Below, piece by piece: positions 50,774 through 64,000 of a DNA stretch of 64,000 nucleotides. The stretch lies in the NCBI GenBank assembly GCA_964270895.1, contig OZ185436.1, one strand, 5' to 3'. Below the pieces are notes generated by a model. The model searched no databases. It was not told the DNA's origin and worked only from the letters and a program-made list of their open reading frames with translations. The stretch's first letter is position 1. Every line of letters starts with the position of its first letter. The position numbers and the translations under genes are program-made. This DNA comes from Podarcis filfolensis (taxonomy: Eukaryota).

Positions 50774-53700
50774 CTAGTCAAAAGCCAGCTATCCAACAGC
50801 ACCTCAGAAAATGAGCCAGATTCTCTCACTCATTCATCCTCCGTGATCTAGGGGCAGCAGCAAAGTGTAAAGCCCATCAAGTGCTTCAGAAGGAACATGC
50901 AGGGAATAAGCCAGCATCTCATAGCCTTAAATTACAGCTGCCATCTTGAGGGCAAATGTCCAAAAAACAGAATCCACACTTATTTTTAGTATGTTTTCCC
51001 TCCTGCCCTCAAGGCGGCAGTGCAACGTGCCATGTAAACTGATGCATCCAACAGGTTACACTGGCCATGCCTGGATTATTCTGAAGCACTGCAAAACAGG
51101 ATGCATGAAATGCTGAATGAGACATTCAGTTTTATGTAGAAGACACCATAGGGCTCCAAACAAAGACACTGATAGCATAACAAAAGTGGAAGGGCTCTAC
51201 TGCATTTTCCACAGGAATATATTTGAAACAGACATGCAAAGTATTTGTTTGCTTGCTTTTCTGATTAAAGAAGCCACCACCTAAACATTAAACATGCCAT
51301 TTTCTAAAGACAATATACTCTCCCTGCTAGCTGTAGTTACTGCACGGGTTTTGGTGCTTGTAGCAAGCCCCTGTTGCTCAATTTTGCTGTAGAATTAAAG
51401 GATTATGCAACATTATCATCTGCTCACATTGAAATCGTGCTGGGCCATTTTATGGAGAAAGGATGTAAATGACTAACACACTTCCTGTATGGGAAGGCCA
51501 TTAACATTTACAGCAGACACTGGGTAAGTGATGAACTATCACTCATCACCACACTGCTCCTTTGCATAGGGCAGAAAGGAGACATTAACAGATCTCTTGA
51601 ACTGAAGGGGTGACAATGATTTTGGGACGGGAAGTTCATGATTACATAACCACCACCAAGCTTTTCACCATATATGACAATTTTCCTTCTTTCTGAACTG
51701 TGTTCCTTGCAACAGAAGATGGATAACAGACATTGGCTGCTGTGAATGACAGACCATCAACATGTAGCAGCAGCACAGAGCTGGCTTTCTAAATTGGTGG
51801 TCCTGACATTTGGTCCTTACAAGGGAACAGGCTGAGGAATGGACTTTGGCCATTTTGATTCATCAGCACTCAGGAATTCCAACGCAGAAACAATCACATA
51901 CTTGGTGATGGGTTGCACTGACTCTTTGCCTATGTAGACCACGACCACATGCCCATCACATGAAACAGGTAACCGTTAACAACAAGCAACAGCCATAAAA
52001 ACATAGTGATAAGACAACCCAGGTTCATAAATGCTTAAGAATAAGATCAGGGATCTTAAAAACTGGAGAACATTTCAATCCCTTTGCAGCAAAACAAAAT
52101 GTCCCTACATTTCCACAAGAAGCTAAGAAATAATTTTGACTCAAGAGGCGTTTTCCAATTTCTAGTCTACTAACATCTGACCTACTAACCGAGGGAAAAG
52201 CAAAATCCGCTCTTGCCAGCCGTTCATTTAGTTCTTTTCCCTTAACATAATTTCAAATCCTCCATTCCAGTTTCAGAGCTGCAAGACTGTGTCATCGAGG
52301 ACAACCAAACAATCTGTGACCAAAAGCCTGGAAACCTCCAGACATCCAGCCTTGTTTCTTTATAACACAAAACACCTGTGGCGGCTATAGACAGCTGAGA
52401 TACTGTTTTGCTTGGAGTGGATTATTAGCTTTTCTTCAGCCACAAGCTTATGTTTTAAACTGCTGAATGGGAAGAATGCTGCTCTCCCCACCCCCACCCA
52501 CCTACCCGGTCCTGTGTGATGTGGCAGCCCACTGCCGGGACGCAGGCAGAGTTGACTCCATGTGGTCTGTCTGATTTACTTGCTTGCTCACTCGTTCTTC
52601 AAACAGCAGGGCGGGGGGAGGTCAGGGACCTTTTAAAGTCCTCTGCCGATTATTCTTATGTCCTTGGATTACTTAATGCACGTAAGATTATTCACTAAAT
52701 AAAAGCCCACAAGCTTGTTATAATGATACCGTAAGGTGATGTACTTGCTATCAAAGTGGCAACTCTTTAGTTGGCAACGATCACTCCCAAGGTTTTGCAA
52801 CACTTTGTTCCCTGATTGTGCATTCAACATGGCAAAATTTGCCCGAGTTTGAGCACTGAGAGCATGTGTGGACGTAGGAAATTGAAGAAATAGTTTGAAA
52901 ACTAGGGCTTCAGGTGTCAGTTAGCGACAAGTTGCGATAAGCACTGAGGAAGGGTTGCTGGGATGAGACTGAATTTTATGAAAACCTATTTTCAATGTTC
53001 CTCTTCTATCAAAACTTTAGGACAAAGAAAGCTTAGAGCCAGCATTACACAGCTTTAGAAATTTACAGTAGTTCCTTCAGCAGACCAAGTGCAACTGTGG
53101 AACCAAGTTCAAAGATAAAAGAAAGTCCTACCCACTGGTCATAACGCAACAGGGAATGTGCCAGAGTCATAAATCAGTGTGATCACCATTTGAAAGGGTG
53201 CGTGGTCAGGCTTTGTAAGTAGCAGTAAAATGACAGGAAACCCTTTGTACAACAATCTATACCTTTCAGAGAATAAGAAAGCGGAAATGTGGTGTTAGGT
53301 ATGAGTGTGGGATGCAAGTAGGTTCTCTTCAACCTTTTACAAAATTTGTTGCTTAGATCCCTCAAAGAAGGAATGATAGGAGTTTGAGATAAACATCAGC
53401 TGCAGGGCAAAGTGTTCCCTGTTCCTGCCTTATAAATGCTGGTCACACACAAACCTGTTTACTGAACTTTCATCCCTATTTGCTTGCAGGAAGGTTATTT
53501 GACATTGAATCAAGCAACTGCTAGCCCACACTTTTCTGTGCATTGCCTCATCACTTTTCTAAAAAAATAATAATCAAAAAATCAACAAGACTTTTTGCAT
53601 AAGTCCAATTTATTTCTGGAGGCAAGTGTTGCCCCTAACAGTTCTTTACACTAGGCGAAGACACAGTATACAAAAGGGAACGGCACCACAATACACCAAC

Positions 53701-54185
53701 CCATTAAAATTATGCAAAATTGATCAGCTCACCAGCTCTTCCCATTTTGCTGGACGGACTGTGAAAATAGATGTACATGCCACCCCATGTTGTGGGTTTG
53801 ACCACGAATGCAAACTTTCTGGTCACTTGTCTTTTAGGAAATACAAAACATGTACACAAGTCAGCTAGCCAGAAATGGTTCATCAGCTGCGAGTTACTGT
53901 ACATATTTTCTGAAAATAAGATGGATCTAAGTATTACATGATTTATTGGCAACTTATTAGCATCAGCTCTTTTAACAACCACAAAGTTTTGGAGGAAACT
54001 GAAAGGGGTCATAAAGGAACAACAATAGGAAGTTCTGGAGAATTCCATTGGTGGAAAAGTTAATGTACAAATCAGAATCACCAGTGAACAAAAGAAGATT
54101 GGCAGAGTCATATCAGATTGGTATGACTATTGCCTGTATTATATACTTTAATCTGGAATTCTTGATTTAAGATTGGAATGATATA

Positions 54186-54435
54186 CAGTCGTACCCCGGC
54201 TCCTGAACGCCTTGGAAGTCAAACATTCCAGATCCCGAACGATTGAAAACCAGAAGTGAGTGTTCGGTTTTTGAACGTTCTTTTGGAAGCCAAATGTCCG
54301 ACGGGGCTTCCATGGCTTCTGATTGGCTGCAGGAGATTCCTGCAGCCAATCAGAAGCCGCACTTTGGAAGTTGAATGTTTTGAATGTTGAATGGAGTTCC
54401 GGAACAGATTCTGTTCGACTTCCAAGGTACGACAA
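54186..54435. mobile_element. Tigger-like MITE (about 250 bp) with a central perfect hairpin
   Basis: ta|cagtcgtacc ... ggtacgac ends; 21-bp perfect inverted repeat at 54314-54358. Confidence 0.85.
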
Positions 54436-54574
54436 TATAGGAAAGCCTTTGTAGATCTAAAAGGCAACATAGAGGAAAGGCATAAGAATAAACTGGACAG
54501 ACAATTTTCCAACAAACTACATGCTCCATGTTTTTGAAGTTACATGTCTGTTATATTCTATGTATTTGTCTATA

Positions 54575-54610
54575 TACATACATACATACATACATACATA
54601 CATACATACA
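54575..54610. repeat. (TACA)9 microsatellite
   Basis: Directly visible. Confidence 0.95.
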
Positions 54611-54879
54611 TTTATTTAAGCAAAAAGTACTCAGAATTTTCCAAAACTGCTTCTGGGGGGGGGAGGAGGAGTATCATTTAAAAAACAACAACAAACAGAA
54701 CCAGAAATCAAATGCTAGCTGGAGTCTTAAAGAATAGAAAATCAATTCACTAGTTCAAATAAAATGTAGGTTTTTTTCCTCCCCAGGTTCATTTTTATAC
54801 ATAAATAATACACATAAAAAGGATTGTTAAAGCCATGCACAAGGATATTGCTAATTGCTTCCGCCACCTAAAAGGCAAT

Positions 54880-54965
54880 TGAAAACCCTATGCACTTACT
54901 TGGGAGTAAGCACTACTTAACCAGTAGGACTTACGTTTAAGTAAATATGCATAGGATTGCACTGT
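54880..54965. mobile_element. Short (about 85 bp) palindromic squamate repeat; related degenerate copies near 9670-9760 and 56475-56540
   Basis: ccctatgca ... gtaag ... cttac ... tgcatagg nested inverted structure. Confidence 0.55.
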
Positions 54966-56544
54966 TAATGACTATACTGGTAGGAGCCTATAGGAAAACA
55001 CGGAGCATCTCATACATCGATTAACAGTAGGTAAGGCAAGTCAAAAATAGAAGCTATAAAGGATGGCAACAGCATGAACACCGTAAGTAATTTCCTATGA
55101 AGTCACTGGAAACCTTATACATATAGCTATAAACTGCTCTAACTAGCTTAAGTATAAGAAAAATGTACAAAGACTGCAGCTGGAAACAGCAAAAAACAAA
55201 TAGCATAAAGGCTGCCCCCAGAAATGCACTGGCAACACATTAAAGCCAACTTCAACTACTATACTGCACTGACCTCAGCTCTGACACCCACCCAATTAAA
55301 TCTAATGAAAAGAGAAGTAAATCAGCCTGAAGCTGTTACAGTCCACAGTGGGGGTGGATGAGCAGTTGTGGTACAGCTTGGGTGAGGCTGCCTATTTCAA
55401 CGTGCAGAAAGCAAATGGCTTTGCAATGTCTCCTCTTCAGCACTCTCCTGCTCAAAAAAGGCCTTTAGTCTTTTGGCACTGCTTGCCGTTGTTCCCCTTG
55501 TCATGCCTGCCATGGATTCACCAACAGCAAGAAGTTGGGGCTCATCTACAACTTTGCTCCGAGCTTTTTAGGCACAGGTCTGTGCTTTAAAGCGCCGTGT
55601 CCAAGCACTTTTTCTTACTTACTTTCTTTTTGCCCTGGCACTTTCCCTGCAAAAATCCGCTCTTTAGCACTGAATCGGAACAAAAGGCAATTCTGGTTTT
55701 CTGTGAGTTCCCCAACCATGTCACTAGTTGAAACCACACAAAGACAATGAAGCCTGTCTGGTGGCACAGTGAAGGAGCAGCCACCATTGCAGTCTCAGGA
55801 AACTTGTTTGAAAGTATATGTATATAAAATTTATATTGTAAACCCACGCTGCAAAGTTCTAACAGAAATGGAAGAAAATAAACTGGGAAGAGAGTTTCAT
55901 CCTAATGAATGAAACCTCTAGTGTGCTGAGAAAAACAGTTCCGCTTTCTGTCACCTTTACTATTCTAACAAGTTCTTGGGAATTCATTTGAAACCCAGTT
56001 TATAGTTGCTTTGTGCTCTGAATGGGCTTATGATCCTTCTGCAGACTGCTACGGACCCCTCTCTCCCCTGGCTCTTACCATTCCCTGCCTTTGTTACCTG
56101 GGCTAAGAATGAGAATGTCAGGGGGGGGCTGCATAAAGTAGACCACAGGCACTACTCCCAGGAATGCTTAAGTCACTGGCTTGGGAAGCCTTGCCAGTTT
56201 AAAGAAAAAGGGTGGTGGGATGGGTAGGTGGGGAGGAAGCTGTTCCCTTTGCCAACTATGAACGTGCAAAAAGAATAAAGAAAGGGCTTGTTTTGAGGGG
56301 GGTGGAGAGTAGACTGTTAACACGTCTCACCTACTCCTACCCCTACCATGAAGAGAATTGATGACTATTAATTAAGCTGCCTTGGGGGGGGGTTAGCAGG
56401 TTTTTTTATACTATATTAGTAAAATAAACTCCCCAGTTAAGCTAACTGGGGGAAAGAGGAAAGAGAAGATTGAGGATGTAATCCTATAAACATCTATCTA
56501 CAAGTAAGTCCCCCTGAGTTCAGTGTGACAGACAGATTATAAAC

Positions 56545-56768
56545 CATGGGTAGGCAAACTAAGGCCCGGGGGCTGGATCATGCCCAATCACCTTCTCAAT
56601 CCGGCCCGCAGATGGTCCAAGAATCAGCATGTTTTTACATGAGTAGAATGTGTGCTTTTATTTAAAATGCATCTCTGGGTTAATTGTGGAGCAATACATA
56701 GTCTGGCCCCCCACAAGGTCGGAGGGACAGTGGACTGGCCCCCTGCCAAAAAAGTTTGCTGACCCCTG
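56545..56768 (+). mobile_element. hAT-type MITE, same family as 31428, with an internal deletion
   Basis: Colinear with 31428-31690; no TSD match. Confidence 0.88.
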
Positions 56769-58895
56769 TATTTTTCAGACATAATGTATAGTAAATAATT
56801 TCTAGAATATAGGATTGTATCCAATTAAGTTGTCTTCCTAGTGCAAGGACTCCTGCCTGTACAATGGGGCATCTTCTCCCTGCACCGTCCCAAATTTATT
56901 CTGGGGGCTCCCCAACCCTCCATAGCAGATGGGGGGGTCATAAGAAGAGGAAGTCCCATTGAGCCGATGGAAGTCCTTGCGCTAATGCAGTGACTTCATT
57001 GGTCACAGCTCCCTGTATATAGTTTTCACCACTTAGAATTACAATTAAGTGGTGTACAAATCTGTAACATAAAAGGAAAAAGTTACTAAAACTTTTAGAA
57101 GTTTTAGAATATTAATTGTCATTTATTTATCAACAATAACAAATGTTGGCTTATAAGTATAATTTAAATTTTATCAGTTTTTAAATGAGTGGCTTTGTCA
57201 CATCAACTGAAATGTAAAACGCAAGAGGAAATTCTGTAGCCCTGTTAAGTACCAGCTTCATACCTGAAAGGCTAAAGCTGAAACAGGAAAAAAGTTAGAC
57301 ATGCCTCTCTCCCCATCCCCCTCAGCAAATTGAGACTTTTTTCTTTATAGCCAAGAGCAGACATGCAGTTAGCTTCTGTTTTATGGAACTGGAAAGGAGA
57401 CAGACAGGGTTTTTTAAAAAGACAATTTCTTTAGCAGAATCATCAAAAATGTCTGACTCCTTCAACTATACACCAGTACAGTATATAAAAGCCAGAGATA
57501 AAAGAACAGCATTGTACAGACGGCAATTGCCAGAAGTATCCCAGACTTGCCACAAAAGGATATTAGGAACTGTTCAACTGAGGCAGGATGCCATTATTAG
57601 CAGACTGAAGTCTTGTAAGAAGGCAGGAATACCTCAAGTTATTTCTCAATGGGGACCCAAACTGCCAGATGCACACAAAGAATCATTGCAACCATTTTTT
57701 TGTTGACCAACTAAACTCAAAACATGGATGGGGCAACAAAAACATGGCAATAACCATTCTTTATAACAAAATGAAAGCTCCCATACCTTTTAGGCAAACA
57801 TTACATAGCTGATAATGAGCTTTGCCTTTCCCTGTAGCTGGACAATAAGAGACACAGCTGGGGACCAATTTAATGTAAGTAATAATTATATCTGAAAACA
57901 CAAAATAACATGCTACTTGTTTCTAATTGGTACCCACCCCAATATAGTACTCTACTTTCTGAACAAAAAAAGCCCCTGAACCCAGGGAGAGAGCACATGG
58001 ACCATGTTAGGGTCCAAGCAAATGAAATAAAAAGGCATGTACCTCCAATTATAACCCTTGGTACTCACATCCTATTCTACCTGTTGTAGTTCATAACTCA
58101 CTCATGTTATCCAACTCTAAGAGCAGGCTCATGAAAAGCAGCTAAAACCGCCAGAAAACACTTCTGTGGGGCAGTTCCTTCTTGTGGAGCTATCTAACAT
58201 GGTTAGAACAATTCCTATCTGGGTGCAGCGATCATGGAAGTGACCAGCAAGGTAAGAAGAGCCCTGCTGGATCAGGTCAAAGCCCAGCAGTGACCAGCCA
58301 GATGCCTCTGGAAAGCCCACAAGTAGGACATGAAAGCAGATCCAAGATGGATCCTGTTCCCAGATTGGTCTGCTGACTAGAATAGACCTATGTACCTGAA
58401 ACTACCATTCCACAAATACCATTCGTTCTACAAATACCCAACTGGCAACTGATGTCATCCAGATAATACGTATGACAAAGTTTGAAGGGCGTGTGAAGGA
58501 TATAATGCTATACCAATATTGCCTAAATCAGTGATCCCCAAACCTTCTCCCCTCCCACTGGCCACTTGAAGAATGCTAAGGTTAAGGTATTGTTGAATAC
58601 TTAATGATTTATTTATTTTTTGCAATTGTAATGCACTGTGCTGTGATGTTTTTAAATTGTATTTTTACAGACGTGCCACAGACCACCTGAGTGAACATGG
58701 AAAGCCCTTAAAACAACATGTTAAACCAAAAGGAATGTGTATGTAAATATATGTTTGTTGCTTTGTCCCAGTATCTCAAGTTGTTACAATTTTTTCTCCA
58801 GAAAGAAACATGAATTTCAATTAAAACAAGTGTGAGGACTGGTGGACAAACAAGATCCATGAGGACAGGTCAATGCTAAGAGCCTGGATATAGAG

Positions 58896-59019
58896 CCGGT
58901 TTAGCGCAGCGTGCGGGGACTCACCGAGTGAGCAGCTCGGTTCCAGGGTGGCTCGTGGGCCGGTTAAACGACCCCCGTGGGCCGCTTGTGGCCCATGGGC
59001 CTTAGGTTGCCGACCCCTG
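58896..59019 (+). mobile_element. Right-end fragment of a CpG-rich hAT-type element
   Basis: Ends aggttgccgacccctg; flanked by atatagag/atacagag (7 of 8); no left TIR. Confidence 0.7.
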
Positions 59020-59868
59020 ATACAGAGATCTGATTTCAGCTGTGTACGACATGTCCCCTTCTATACCTGCAAAAAGTGAAGCTCTTCTAATCAACATGCA
59101 GTGTCTGGAACACCTTCCAGCTGCAAATGAGCATGCGAGTTAAAGTCTATAGAATGGGTAACAAATGCAAACACAAAACGGGGTAGTTACCAGGCATTAA
59201 AAACATCATACACAGGAAAAATAATCAATATGCCCTGCATAATTAATCACAGCAGACTACCATGGGTAAATTACTCTCTCTGGAAGAAAAATTTAGTGAC
59301 AGAACGACAATGAAACAAAGAAGATAAATAGTCTTCCAGTCTCACATGCTTCCTTTCCACAATCCTACTATAATCAATGAACCTTTTCTCACAAGGCTGA
59401 GCCCTATAGTCATGAATACCTAAACTAGAAAATTCTGGACTTCTTCAACTGTGTCCCTGTTCAGTTGAGCAGAACCCAAACAAATGAGATTTCCAGAACT
59501 AGTCAACTTCTTAGGCATGTAGACTGCTTTTATCCTGGAAGTTTCTTCCTCAACACTAGTTGCTGCCAATAATTTTTTTTTTGGGGGGGGGGCGTTTCAC
59601 ACATGCATGTTATTATGTGATTGTTCAATAACATATGACTCACAGCTGAATTTGTAAACAGACCCCAATATAAAACACTGTGTGACTACTGTGGTATTTG
59701 ATCTGTGATGTATCCGTGAATGAGCCAAGTTCTCATTGCAGTCCTCAAAGTGATAAAACATGCACGAGTGAACCAACTTTTTATTGTCTCACCACCCCAC
59801 CTCTGTCAAATTACCATTCCTTCCTCATTTTCTAATTATTACACTGATTCTTAGAGGCTCAATTACAA

Positions 59869-59950
59869 CAGGGGTGGAGGACCTCTGGTCTTCAGATGTT
59901 TGACTTCCAACTCCCATCCTCCCCAGCTAGCAATGCCAATTGTCAGAGAT
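59869..59950. mobile_element. Half MITE of the 10168 family, truncated next to the L1 fragment
   Basis: caggggtggaggacc...cagatgtttgacttccaactcccatc. Confidence 0.55.
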
Positions 59951-59964
59951 TAGGCTAATCTGTT

Positions 59965-60815
59965 ACATCTAGGGATTTCCTAATTATCTTATACTACAGT
60001 ATCTCACTAAATATTCTTTAAATTTCTTTCAGTCTTCTTGTGTTTCCTCCTCTTTCTGATCGCGAATTCTTCCAGTCAGGTCAGCCAGCTCTGAAATGTC
60101 CATCATCTTCATCTGCCATTCTTCTATTGTCGGTATTTTTTGCAATTTCCATTTTTTGGCTAATATTAAAGTCTTGCTGCTGTAGTAGCATACAAAAACA
60201 GTCTAACATCCTTCTTGGGCAAGTCCGGTCCTGTTATTCCAAGTTCTGGTTTCTTAATAAATATATTTTTCAACATTTTTTTAAATTCATTATAAATCTT
60301 TTCCCAGAAGTCTTTCACCTTGGAACACGTCCACCACATATGAAAAAGTGCCTTCTTTCTCTTTACATTTCCAGCATAAGTTATCATTAGTGTGGTAGAT
60401 TTTTGCTAGTTTCACCGGGGTTAGGTACCATCTATACATCATTTTCATAATATTTTCTTTTAATACAGCACATGCCATGAACTTAACCCCTTTCTTCCAT
60501 AACCTCTCCCAATCTTCCACCATTATATTGTGACCCACATCTCTTGCCCAATCAATCATAACAGATTTAACTTGTTCATCCTTTGTATGCCATTCCAACA
60601 ATAAATTATACATTTTAGAGAGATTTTTAACATTTGTATCTATCAATTCTGTTTCCAATTTTGATTTTTCAGTTGCAAAACCATTTTTCTTATCAAGTTT
60701 ATACAATTCATTAATCTGATGCTATTGTAGCCATCCCCCCAGTTTATCTTTAATTTGATCAAATGGTCTCAGTTTTAATCCATCCTTATTTTCCAACAGT
60801 AAATTCCCCCATTCT
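59965..60815 (-). mobile_element. L1-clade LINE ORF2 C-terminal fragment (decayed)
   Basis: ORFs 60290..60706 and 60166..60387 join across a frameshift to give YRWYLTPVKL...CWKCKEKEGT.FHMWWTC, the CCHC motif of L1 ORF2, followed by AARL.LAKKWK...PTIEEW. An in-frame stop lies near 60030. Confidence 0.9.
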
Positions 60816-63224
60816 TGGACTGATCAAAACCATCAGGAAGAATCTTGGGTGCTGCTTATTTTCAATATTTTGCTCAATGGGTATTTGAGCTTTGACAGTT
60901 AAATTAGTTATCCAGGAAGAGACAGAGAACATAATCTCTAGAGCAAATTGTTACTTCCCACTCCCCCCCCCCAGCAAAAGATAATAAGTACTTCTGTACT
61001 TTTACAGAAGTAACACCTTTTTCATCAGTCTAGCACCCACCTGGGTGGGTGGTCAGAACTGTCACAATCTGAACTTTGTTTTGCCAAAAAGGTGGGTTAA
61101 GGAAAAAGAAAAGAAAAAAGTGCCTAGCTAAGCAGGCCAACAGTTCAGCCATTCTTGGCTCAAACCACAAAGACTCAGCTCTGTCACACATCTTTGGTTC
61201 CTCATGGAGGTTCTCTGCCAAAATCCTTAACTAGCCAAGCAGGCAGATGCTGGATTGAAGATTACTCCATGCAGCAGCCAATCTTTTGAACATGCAAGGG
61301 TCATGGGAAACAAATCACGGTATGAATTGTAGGAAAACTAAAATAAAAGGGATGGTTGAAAAACAGGCGATTATCAGTAAACTCTTCTTCCTAACTGATA
61401 ATGGCCATGGATTCAGCTAGCACACTTAATCATGTAATTTTTAAATTTATATCCCGTTCTACCATTTACATGCTCAAGATGTCCAACAAAATTACACTTA
61501 TACCACGAAAAGTTATTCTATCATATGAAAAACAAAAAGGGATCACATCGTGACATGCCATATTAACTCAACATAAAAACTGGTCATGGATGTTCGGCTA
61601 AGGCCAAAAGTACCATAGCTTTGCCCCTCACATCATAGCTCCCACTTTGCAAGCTTCATTTTATCGTCAGGAAACTTAACAACTTTCGAATACAACAGCA
61701 AGGAGAAGAAGATAAATGTGCTGAAGTTTAGGAACAAACAAGGGAGAGTCAGTGTGTAGTCAGTAGCACCCTTTACATTCATCAGTCTACCCTCTCATTT
61801 CATGGAGCCTAGAGTCCTAAGCAAACTCCACATTTTACCCAGGAATTGGGGTCAGAAGTGGAATTAGATGCTGAACCTGGGCCCTTTAAACCAGTGCTGC
61901 CACTGCTTCATTTCAGCCAACTCCTGAAGAAGCAGAAGGCACCTGGCAACCAAGTGTTTACTCTGGGACAAGAGATGACCCTTTCTCCCTTTGGCAACTA
62001 TCTCTCCCCATTCCTCTTTAATTATCTTCATTCTACAGTAGTTTAAATAAAGTGGAATGGCAACTACAGGATCAACAACGTATTTGAAAATGATCCAGAG
62101 CAGATACCTATGAAAACATTTCAAAGTGTATAATAAGCCACAGGAATTCAAACTGAGCCTGTGGAGAGGAACAAAGCTCTATGTTTTCTCTAATTTCTTT
62201 CCCCTTGATCTATGGCCTCAGTAAAAGACAGTTATTACCTTTGGCATCACCAGGTAGCACAAAAAGTATCATGCTCTGTTACTAACGGTAGAATACAAAC
62301 ACTATTAGTTGTCAAATAAGCATCCCATATATCACAGTATTACAGCCACTGCCATTAACTGCTAGTGATGAAAAGGATTTCCAAGTTACAGAGCTTTTAA
62401 AACGCTGTGCGCATATAAATCTTCTAATTCAAGCCTAGTAAATTAGCAGCATTTAACTTGTATATATTTCAAGCAATTCCAATATGCAGATTATTAATAT
62501 GATCTGGTGCATCTTCCTAAGAACCACAGCATTCTTGTGCCTGATAATTAAATTTGTACACTTAAGCAATATTGTAAAAGACTTGATGCAGTTCTAGAAA
62601 TGGGAAGGGCAGCTTGCTGGAACCAATTTGATGGAAACTCATCATGTTTTCCTTTCTCCAACATGTTTATTTAGCTGCCCCCATACTACCAAGTCACTGG
62701 AACGCATGAATCAGAAGCATCATGTACAATACCGTGTCCCCATATTTCTTAAAAGATTTTCAGTCACTGCAAGGCTGTATCTCAGAGGAGGCCATCATTC
62801 GCACGAACTTGAATAAACCAAAGAAAAGCAGGCAAGCCCGCACTGCTGGCAGGTCGAAGTACCCAAGGAAGAGAGATGATTAAGCATGTGCACTAACCAG
62901 ATTCTGCAACCTAAGGCTCATCAGTGCTAAGCCCATGAGAAGGATGCAAAAGGAAGGCTACTGGAATAATACACAACTCCTCAGATAAGACAAAATGGGA
63001 TCTAGTTTCCAGTTTTAAATGGACTGGGTTTCCCCGGAATCAAGGTGAAGACCAGATGTTAAAAGTGCTGTTTTAGATTTAGCACAGGCTTAGCAAGCAC
63101 TGTATATTACAGTATTGCATGCTACTTGGAAAACGGTGATACAACTATGCATGTGTGTGTGTTTGTTTGTTCATCACATCAAACTTGAAGTACAATTTCA
63201 GGTTTTCTGTTCTGCCACAGGACA

Positions 63225-63226
<2 letters not shown>

Positions 63227-63308
<82 letters not shown>
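63227..63308. repeat. Compound microsatellite (GT)16(GA)25
   Basis: Directly visible. Confidence 0.97.
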
Positions 63309-63311
<3 letters not shown>

Positions 63312-64000
63312 TTTCCCTCTGCATCCCCTTCATGAGCTTAGTGGAAATCAATCTACAACATTATAGGAGCTTGTTAGCAAAAGGTAATCTCTGTTACAGT
63401 CTATTACTTTTAGATTATCCGCTTTGTAAAGGAACTGTATTCAGAACAAAACCACCTTTCTGTGTAAGGTCTCACAACATCCCCTGGCTCTCAGGCCATA
63501 GCAGCTACTTACACTTCACAGAGAAAAGACAGGAGCTTTGTTTTGTTGCCCTAGCATTCAGTCAACCACAGGTTCTTTTCACTTGCAAACATCAGAGTGT
63601 ACACATGCTTGCATGTGCACAAACACATCCCTTCACAGTGAAGCCTTAGTTTGATTTTACACCTCCAATGGTCTCCCATGCTAAGAAAAAATACAGGGAG
63701 AATATTGCTCATCTCAAATATTTTGTAATATTTGTGTAAATATAATAGCATTATCTTCCACTGTGAACAGGTTACACATTTCTAGTGATCTTCAAGCATT
63801 CAGAGTAATTCCCTTAGGTGCACCAAACAGACAACTTCAAACTTTTACAAAAAAAGGCCTATTAATTGGTTAAAGATTCCCATTTGCGTACGGTATAACG
63901 GATTTCACTAACAGTAAGTCCTTGGCTAACAAAAGCTGTGTGTCTTTTTCCTTCTTTCAAGTTCTTGGCACAGCGCTCTACCCACACGGCACACCACACA

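Noticed and set aside
47546-64000. Search for exon 2 (VYIIRVTW...YSKFFDLQ) and exon 1
   Set aside because: No match found by eye; VTW-like hits near 55715 and 62690 do not continue in frame. These exons probably lie beyond 64000.

Overview
Vertebrate genomic DNA from a squamate, probably a lacertid lizard (inferred from the Sauria/Squam-type SINEs and MITE families). The whole window is the interior of one minus-strand gene, SH3PXD2B (Tks4; PX domain plus SH3 adaptor). Seven constitutive coding exons (3-9 in human numbering as I recall it, 629 nt) splice in frame with canonical AG/GT boundaries. They encode the C-terminal part of the PX domain, SH3 #1 and most of SH3 #2. Exons 1-2 and 10 onward were not found and should lie outside the window. 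An additional 84-nt in-frame cassette exon, not reported by the ORF track, lies between SH3 #1 and SH3 #2, with three downstream TGCATG motifs. The introns carry SINEs, CR1/L2/L1 fragments, hAT- and Tigger-type MITEs, microsatellites and one 158-N assembly gap. I see no CRISPR array, no genuine RNA gene and no large novel multi-gene system. The most interesting items are a TSD-flanked 1.17-kb non-autonomous L1-like element, the cassette exon, a candidate frame-shifting microexon and a cluster of three octamer motifs. Repeat family names come from recognising motifs, not from a database search.
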